Source: an uncultured Legionellales bacterium (GTDB taxonomy: Bacteria > Pseudomonadota > Gammaproteobacteria > CAZGQK01). From it: a stretch of DNA of 64,000 nt. The stretch covers positions 24,022 through 88,021 of the forward strand of contig CAZGQK010000002.1 in the NCBI GenBank assembly GCA_964527645.1. The letters run 5' to 3'. Both the position numbers and the translations under genes were made by a program. The notes below the pieces were generated by a model. The model was not told the DNA's origin, searched no databases, and saw only the letters and a list, made by a program, of their open reading frames with translations. Below, one piece after another: positions 58,036 to 64,000 of this stretch (positions are counted from its first letter, which is position 1; each line of letters begins with the position of its first letter).

Positions 58036-59046
58036 TTAAACATTCACCGCTGCAGGAAGCGTGGTTAATAGATTTTGCACTTCTTTATAGCTCAGGCGCG
58101 GACCATACTTGGTTACCACTTGTGCAGCAACGTAATTGGCAAAGTGCGCTGCTTGTAACGCCGTATAATCATGCGTGATGGCATACAAATAAGCGCCGGC
58201 AAAGGTATCCCCTGCACCAATAGCATCAATCGCTTTCACTGGCACTTCATCGATAAAAGAACATTGACCTTTATCGCAAAAATAAGCCCCTTGATTACCA
58301 CGGGTAATTAACAATTGATCGGCATTTTCGCGCAACTTAACTGGCACATGATCGAGATCCTCGGAACCAGCAAAAATTTTCGCTTCTTGCTCATTACAAA
58401 ATAACACATCCACTTTATAATCGAGTACTTCCATTAACTGTGCATAACAATGCTGCACAATATTAGAGTCCGCTAACGATAGCGCAATTTTAACAGCGTG
58501 TTTTTTTGCCCACTGCGTTGCCTGTATCACAGCCTTGTGTGCTGAGGGTGATGCCACCAAATAACCTTCGATATAAAGATAGCTTGATTGCTGTAACGCC
58601 TGTTCATCCAAATCAGCAACGGAAAAACCTTCCGTTACACCCAAATAGGTACTCATAGTCCGCTCAATATCCGGTGTAATCAGCGCCACACAACTGCCAG
58701 TCACACCATCGGCTGCCGGCTTTGCTTCACGTTTCAAATGAATACCCGCGCGCAACACATTTTCCTTATAACGCTGACCAGCATCATCATCGGCTACACG
58801 GAAAGAAAGAAAACTCTTCGCCCCCAAGTGTGCTGCCGTTGCTAGAGTATTCGCCGCTGAACCGCCACAGGCTGTTAAATAATCTTGATCTTCTAAATGA
58901 CCAAGCAACGCATGCAAGCGCGCCTGGTCAATTAAAGTAGTAACACCTTTTTCAATATTTAAAGATTGTAGAACTGTGTCATCAACACGAAATTCAATAT
59001 CGAGCAAGGCATTCCCTATGCCATAAACATCGTATTTTGTAGTCAA
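58036..59046 (-). CDS. PfkB-family carbohydrate/nucleoside kinase (adenosine kinase-like)
   Basis: YDVYGIGNALLDIEF N-terminus, GGSAANT, C-terminal DAIGAGDTFAG. Start moved to TTG 59046 (GAGGAG 8 nt upstream) so it no longer overlaps pnp. Confidence 0.85.
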   Translation of the reverse strand: MTTKYDVYGIGNALLDIEFRVDDTVLQSLNIEKGVTTLIDQARLHALLGHLEDQDYLTACGGSAANTLATAAHLGAKSFLSFRVADDDAGQRYKENVLRAGIHLKREAKPAADGVTGSCVALITPDIERTMSTYLGVTEGFSVADLDEQALQQSSYLYIEGYLVASPSAHKAVIQATQWAKKHAVKIALSLADSNIVQHCYAQLMEVLDYKVDVLFCNEQEAKIFAGSEDLDHVPVKLRENADQLLITRGNQGAYFCDKGQCSFIDEVPVKAIDAIGAGDTFAGAYLYAITHDYTALQAAHFANYVAAQVVTKYGPRLSYKEVQNLLTTLPAAVNV

Positions 59047-59068
59047 CTCGCCAACTCCTCGATTGAAA

Positions 59069-61192
59069 TCATTGGTCCACCGTATCCTTCTCCTCTTGCT
59101 CAGTATCGTGCTCAGCATCTTTCATGCTTAAGCGCAAGCGACCCTTGTTATCAATTTCAATTAATTTCACACGAATTTGCTGACCTTCAGACAATTTATC
59201 GCGTACGTTATCAACGCGCTCGTTACAGATTTGTGACACATGCACCAATCCCTGAGTACCCGGTATAATTTCAACAAAAGCGCCGTAATCAGTAATCTTC
59301 ATCACCTTGCCATCATAAGTAATACCCACTTCTGGTTCAGCAACAATATCACGAATACGCTGCTCAGCTGCTTTGGCACAATCGCCATCAACCGCAGCAA
59401 TTTTAATCACGCCGTCGTCGGTAATATCAATGGTAGTATTGGTTGATTCCGTTAATTCACGAATTGTTGCCCCACCTTTACCAATCACATCGCGAATTTT
59501 ATCCGGATTAATTTGTATGGTAGTAATACGTGGCGCAAAATCAGAAATGTCTTGACGCGGTTCAGCCAATACTTCATTCATGCAATTTAGAATATGCAAA
59601 CGACCTTGCTTCGCTTGCTCTAAAGCACGATGCATAATCTCTTCAGTAATGCCGTTGATTTTAATATCCATCTGCAAAGCAGTGATGCCCTCTGCCGTAC
59701 CGGCCACTTTAAAGTCCATGTCGCCCAAGTGATCCTCATCACCTAAGATATCGGTTAATACTGCCACACGATCATCTTCTTTAATTAGACCCATAGCAAT
59801 ACCAGCAACCGGTGCTTTAATGGCTACACCAGCATCCATTAACGATAAACTCGTGCCGCAAACAGTTGCCATCGAAGAAGAACCGTTAGACTCAGTAATT
59901 TCCGATACCACACGTAACACATAAGGATTGTCTTCTTCTTGAGGAATCACCGCCTGTATCGCACGTTTTGCCAAGCGACCATGACCAATTTCACGACGCT
60001 TAGGGCCGGTCATCATGCCGGTTTCACCCACACAATAGTGTGGAAAGTTGTAATGCAACATAAAACCTTCACGATACTCACCCGTTAAACTATCAATAAT
60101 TTGTGAATCACGCGCCGTACCCAACGTAGAAACAACAATTGCTTGTGTTTCACCACGAGTAAAAACGGCTGAACCGTGTGTCCGTGGTAATACGCCAACT
60201 TCAATAGCAATAGGACGCACCGTGGTTAAATCACGACCATCAATACGCTCACCAGTACTTAAAACTTGCTCGCGTACTATTTTGGATTCTAAATCGTGCA
60301 GCATGGCTTTTACTTTATCTTCACTAATAGCCGATTCTTCATCTTCACCACACAAAGCATCACAAGCATTTTGTGCAACTACTTTAATCGCATCTTGGCG
60401 TTGTAATTTTTCTTTTATTTGATAAGCATTTTGCAATTGCTCTGTGGCAAAATCACTAATCTTTTGCTGCAAGTCATGATCAGTCTCTGGTGGTGTCCAA
60501 TCCCACGCCTCAGTGCCAGCTTCAGCAACTAATTCATGTATGGCGGTAATAACCACTTGCATTTGCTGATGACCAAACATCACCGCACCCAACATAACTT
60601 CTTCACTCAAACCATCTGCTTCTGATTCCACCATCAACACCGCTTGCTCCGTTCCAGCAACCACTAAGTCTAAATCCGAAGTCTCCAGTTGGCTGGCTGT
60701 TGGATTCAATAAATAGTTGCCATCACAATAACCCACCCGCGCTGCTGCAATCGGACCTTGAAACGGTGCACCTGAAAGTGAAAGTGCCGCCGAAGCGCCG
60801 ATTAGTGCTGGGATATCTGAATCAATCTCAGGATCCATAGAGATAACCGTTGCAACAATTTGCACGTCGTTTCGGAACCCTTTTGGAAACAATGGACGAA
60901 TAGGGCGATCAATCAAACGACAAGTCAATGTCTCACGCTCAGTTGGACGACCTTCGCGCTTGAAATAACCACCAGGGATCTTGCCCACAGCATAGGTTTT
61001 TTCTTGATAGTTAACCGTTAACGGGAAGAAACCTCGATCAACAGAGGCCTCTTTCTTGGCCACTACAGCCACTAGAACAACTGTATCACCCATGCGAATC
61101 ATAACTGAGCCGCTCGCTTGACGAGCAATTTGTCCAGTTTCGATAGTGACCTGATGGTCACCGTATTGAAAAGTTTTAGTAATTTTATTCAC
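59069..61192 (-). CDS. pnp: polyribonucleotide nucleotidyltransferase (PNPase)
   Basis: 707 aa with two RNase PH domains, KH ([11 protein letters not shown]) and S1 ([15 protein letters not shown]). Confidence 0.97.
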   Translation of the reverse strand: MNKITKTFQYGDHQVTIETGQIARQASGSVMIRMGDTVVLVAVVAKKEASVDRGFFPLTVNYQEKTYAVGKIPGGYFKREGRPTERETLTCRLIDRPIRPLFPKGFRNDVQIVATVISMDPEIDSDIPALIGASAALSLSGAPFQGPIAAARVGYCDGNYLLNPTASQLETSDLDLVVAGTEQAVLMVESEADGLSEEVMLGAVMFGHQQMQVVITAIHELVAEAGTEAWDWTPPETDHDLQQKISDFATEQLQNAYQIKEKLQRQDAIKVVAQNACDALCGEDEESAISEDKVKAMLHDLESKIVREQVLSTGERIDGRDLTTVRPIAIEVGVLPRTHGSAVFTRGETQAIVVSTLGTARDSQIIDSLTGEYREGFMLHYNFPHYCVGETGMMTGPKRREIGHGRLAKRAIQAVIPQEEDNPYVLRVVSEITESNGSSSMATVCGTSLSLMDAGVAIKAPVAGIAMGLIKEDDRVAVLTDILGDEDHLGDMDFKVAGTAEGITALQMDIKINGITEEIMHRALEQAKQGRLHILNCMNEVLAEPRQDISDFAPRITTIQINPDKIRDVIGKGGATIRELTESTNTTIDITDDGVIKIAAVDGDCAKAAEQRIRDIVAEPEVGITYDGKVMKITDYGAFVEIIPGTQGLVHVSQICNERVDNVRDKLSEGQQIRVKLIEIDNKGRLRLSMKDAEHDTEQEEKDTVDQ

Positions 61193-61212
61193 GTTTAATT
61201 CCTCAAAGTCAG

Positions 61213-61482
61213 TTAGTTACGTAAGCCCAAGCGTTTAATCAATTCCCGATAACGATTGATATCTTTATTCTTTATATATTTCAAAAACTTACGTCTCTGA
61301 CTCACCATCCGCAGCAGACCACGACGTGACGCATTGTCGTGCTTGTGTGCTTTCATATGATCGGTCAAATAGGCAATTTTGTGGGTAAGAATGGCTATCT
61401 GCACTTCGGCAGATCCGGCATCACTGGTGTTTTTACCATACTCTTTAATAATGGTGGCTGTTTGTTCAGCTGTTAATGACAT
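61213..61482 (-). CDS. rpsO: 30S ribosomal protein S15
   Basis: [16 protein letters not shown]..., [22 protein letters not shown]; 89 aa from the Met at 61482. Confidence 0.96.
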   Translation of the reverse strand: MSLTAEQTATIIKEYGKNTSDAGSAEVQIAILTHKIAYLTDHMKAHKHDNASRRGLLRMVSQRRKFLKYIKNKDINRYRELIKRLGLRN

Positions 61483-61811
61483 AAGCGCTTCCTCTTGTTG
61501 AAACATGAAACTCAGCTATCAACACATCATCCACTGTCATTGGCAGAATCTGCGCTCCCCAACGGGGTCCCAATAGCCACAAAAGCGGGATTATACCTGA
61601 TAAAACTGGCGCTGAGTAGACCTGGCAGTGAAACACAGCACTTAAAAATCAAGGAGATAAGGAATTTAGAACAACTCTCGAGTACAAGCGAAAACCCACG
61701 GCAAAATCCATGGAAAAAAATTAGCATGATCTGCGTATAACCTCCCGTATTGAGCCACCTCAACTTGCCGCTTACAGTCCTCTTAAGACAACAAACACGA
61801 GTTTACCTCAT

Positions 61812-63602
61812 ATGCTCAAACTTCACATAGATTCATTTGATCCGTCTGCTTTTATTTTAAAATCTATCGCCATTTACCCCATGACGTTTTCTTTGCCGTA
61901 TCATGGGGTCACCGAGCTGCTCAGCAAATCCATCCTATCACCGATGGCTTTTATTAAAAAAAAATTATGCTTCACCATTGGCAAACCTAAACCACAATAT
62001 CTACATGCTGTCATTACTGGTTGTGAGTTCTTGCCAGCTGAAGACGGCCATTATCGCTATAGGCTTAAATTTTCCTCACCGCTCCGTGGCTTACAATATT
62101 CTCAGCACAAACGTGTCTTTCAACAACAAAGCTTAACACAAATTGCGAAAACTTTATTACAAAAATGGCCTATAACTGATTTACACTTTGACTTACCCGC
62201 AATAAAAATAGCCCATCAAATGCAATACCAAGAAACCGATCTACACTGCTTGAGCCGCTTATTAGCAGATCAACAATGCTGGTATACTTTACAACAATCC
62301 CAAAAATCCATAAAATTATATTTATCCGATGATTTACCAACGCGCAACCACGTGCATCAATTATCCTGCCAAGAAAAAAGTGATTTATTATTTGACCAAC
62401 CAATGCTTTATCAAATACAAAAGAAACGAGCCTTGCAGTATAATCTAGCTAGCATCACCATCGCCGGCAAACAAGCCTCTCTATTAACGATTAAAACCAA
62501 CACCACCGGCTTGCAACTCGGTGATTATCTCAACTTAACCGATCATCCGCAGAAAAAATACAATCAATGTTATCGCATTGTCGCTCTGCGTTTTAATTAT
62601 CGTTTGCGCGATGGCTTGCATAATTGGCAACAAACACTAACACTGACTGAAATCCAAGAAAAATTACACCCACGCAAGCGTTTTAAAAAATCATTTATGC
62701 ACATTTTGCCAGCCAAAGTGATTAACTGGCCCAACACCAATTCAACTTTAAATCACAAAAACTATTATTTGTTACAATTTCCATTTGAAAAAAAAACACC
62801 CCACCCCCCCGGCGAAGGCGTTCCCACCTTGCAACCTTATGCCGACAATGGTCAAAGAAATTATGGCATTCATTGCACGCTCGCGGCACAGACACAAGTC
62901 GCTGTTGGTTTTTTGCAAGGGGACTTCAGTCAACCCTTTATTCTTGGCGTCATTCCTGGCAAAACCCAACCCGGCCCCAGCAATCATAAAAACCCACAAC
63001 AAAACATCCTACAAACCCCGGCGGGTAATTGTCTGAAAATAGACGATGGCAGCCACCCCGCCATCACTTTGGGCAACATCATTCACAAAAATTATCTGCA
63101 ATTAAGTGCAGCGGATAATAGTAAGAAAATTACATTACACAACCAATCCGGTAACATTTCTATTGCAGCAGCGAAAGAGATGGTGATGACAACAGTCGGT
63201 AATTTTTCTTTGCAATGTCAACGACAAATAGTGAATTCTCAAAGCATGCAAATCATCACGCAGCAAGGTGATATTAATCTTTCTGCCGCAAAAGATATTC
63301 AATTAACGGCCAAAGAAGCGATTCGCTGGCAAAGCCATAAAGACATAAACTTTAAATGGCAGGAGAATTTTCACATAAAAGCACAAGATGATTTCTCCAT
63401 GCTGGCTTCTAAGGAATTTAAAATCACCTCAGCGCATGGAAAAATAACACTAAACAGCGGTCAAACTGTTTATCTGCAAGCTAAAGAAAAATTGCACGCA
63501 GGACCCTTGTCGCTAATTAATGGTTCTCTCAACATAAACGCTAAAGCCATTACCTTAGCGGCAGGTGTTATAAATATATTTGGGTTAAATCCTGTGGCAT
63601 GA
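61812..63602 (+). CDS. vgrG: VgrG-like protein (T6SS spike / phage gp27-gp5 fold), 596 aa
   Basis: The N-terminal half follows the gp27/VgrG pattern (Y-R-Y-R-L-KFSSPLRGLQYSQHKRVFQQQSLTQIAKTLL; QMQYQETDLHCLSRLLADQQCWYTL). The centre has FSQPFILGVIPG (gp5 OB region). The C-terminal ~170 aa are a periodic beta-helix-like repeat (ITLHNQSGNISIAAAKEMVMTT...GDINLSAAKDIQLTAKE...GKITLNSGQTVYLQAKE...). Confidence 0.75.
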   Translation: MLKLHIDSFDPSAFILKSIAIYPMTFSLPYHGVTELLSKSILSPMAFIKKKLCFTIGKPKPQYLHAVITGCEFLPAEDGHYRYRLKFSSPLRGLQYSQHKRVFQQQSLTQIAKTLLQKWPITDLHFDLPAIKIAHQMQYQETDLHCLSRLLADQQCWYTLQQSQKSIKLYLSDDLPTRNHVHQLSCQEKSDLLFDQPMLYQIQKKRALQYNLASITIAGKQASLLTIKTNTTGLQLGDYLNLTDHPQKKYNQCYRIVALRFNYRLRDGLHNWQQTLTLTEIQEKLHPRKRFKKSFMHILPAKVINWPNTNSTLNHKNYYLLQFPFEKKTPHPPGEGVPTLQPYADNGQRNYGIHCTLAAQTQVAVGFLQGDFSQPFILGVIPGKTQPGPSNHKNPQQNILQTPAGNCLKIDDGSHPAITLGNIIHKNYLQLSAADNSKKITLHNQSGNISIAAAKEMVMTTVGNFSLQCQRQIVNSQSMQIITQQGDINLSAAKDIQLTAKEAIRWQSHKDINFKWQENFHIKAQDDFSMLASKEFKITSAHGKITLNSGQTVYLQAKEKLHAGPLSLINGSLNINAKAITLAAGVINIFGLNPVA

Positions 63603-63626
63603 GAAGTTTTAAGTTTTTTATATTTC

Positions 63627-63680
63627 GTGGATCCCTCGCCTTGGCGAAGGATGACGGTAGCGAAAACGGAGGATGACGCC
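63627..63680. repeat. REP/MITE-like palindromic unit(s) downstream of vgrG
   Basis: GTGGATCCCTCGCCTTGGCGAAGGATGACGG plus the partial unit CGGAGGATGACGCC. Flanks are the same GGATCC / GATGACGG as the other clusters. Confidence 0.7.
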
Positions 63681-63828
63681 GGAGAAAGCGCAAAATGACA
63701 GAAAAAAGTGCCAGACTAATGTGTAATCGCGAAGCAACGAGAACGACAACGGATCGTATGCGGTAATATTTGAATACCACAGGCGCAGTCGCGACAAAAC
63801 TTACGCGCCAATAAGATGCTTTTAATAC

Positions 63829-63999
63829 TCAAGCATCAGCGACCAAGCCAAGTTTAGCCAACAAAAAGTTAAAAAAAGCATTTTTAAGGGTAGTGCCTCG
63901 ATATTCCTTGTAAAGAAACCACATCACAAATAACGGAAGCAGCAATACGATTTCAATAATACTGGAAATCCACAAATTCCTCGCGCCAATAGGCACAGC
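63829..63999 (-). CDS. 3' end of an unidentified membrane protein gene (5' part beyond window)
   Basis: Manual minus-strand translation is open from the window edge: AVPIGARNLWISSIIEIVLLLPLFVMWFLYKEYRGTTLKNAFFNFLLAKLGLVADA-stop. It is too short to classify. Confidence 0.3.
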   Translation of the reverse strand, partial: AVPIGARNLWISSIIEIVLLLPLFVMWFLYKEYRGTTLKNAFFNFLLAKLGLVADA

Positions 64000-64000
64000 A

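Noticed and set aside
61956-62810. Two A9 runs (61956-61964, 62788-62796) and a C4-A-C7 run (62799-62810) inside vgrG, as possible phase-variation tracts.
   Set aside because: The A runs are simply consecutive AAA Lys codons (KKK, EKK) in an AT-leaning genome, and the C run encodes PHPP. The lengths are marginal for slipped-strand switching and the frame is intact. Only worth checking if strain variants exist.

Overview
This window looks like a moderately AT-rich gammaproteobacterial chromosome segment, and most of it is conserved housekeeping synteny. The recognisable blocks are: guaB-guaA-tadA, with xseA divergent as in E. coli; ribD-ribBA-ribH; dnaE-ddl-rnhB; the long minus-strand block rpsB-tsf-pyrH-frr-uppS-cdsA-dxr-bamA-skp-lpxD-fabZ-lpxA; map and ppiB; an RND pump and an EmrAB pump flanking holD-rimI; hinT-folE; and rpsO-pnp. 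I recognised no rRNA, tRNA, CRISPR array, transposase or integrase.

The non-ordinary content is:
1. A ~5.8-kb ORFan island between map and ppiB. Three consecutive genes are each preceded by a copy of the same ~75-84 bp leader/promoter cassette. Two copies are base-identical right up to the ATG. Two of the genes encode large polytopic membrane proteins with no family I recognise.
2. A family of short REP/MITE-like palindromic elements that cluster at the accessory junctions.
3. An isolated VgrG-like (T6SS spike) gene divergent from rpsO at the right edge.
4. A ribosomal protein S2 with a ~150-aa Lys/Ala/Thr-rich tandem-repeat tail.
5. An 830-bp noncoding gap upstream of guaB. It holds two perfect inverted DnaA boxes and a promoter-to-terminator unit that could be an sRNA.
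6. Rearrangement of the lipid A cluster: lpxB is inverted and coupled to a Gfo/Idh/MocA oxidoreductase, a CDP-alcohol phosphatidyltransferase follows lpxA, and rseP is absent between dxr and bamA.

The repeat style and the ORFan membrane proteins are reminiscent of Legionellales-type intracellular bacteria. That is an impression, not a verified assignment. All calls come from reading the sequence and the ORF track; no searches were run.
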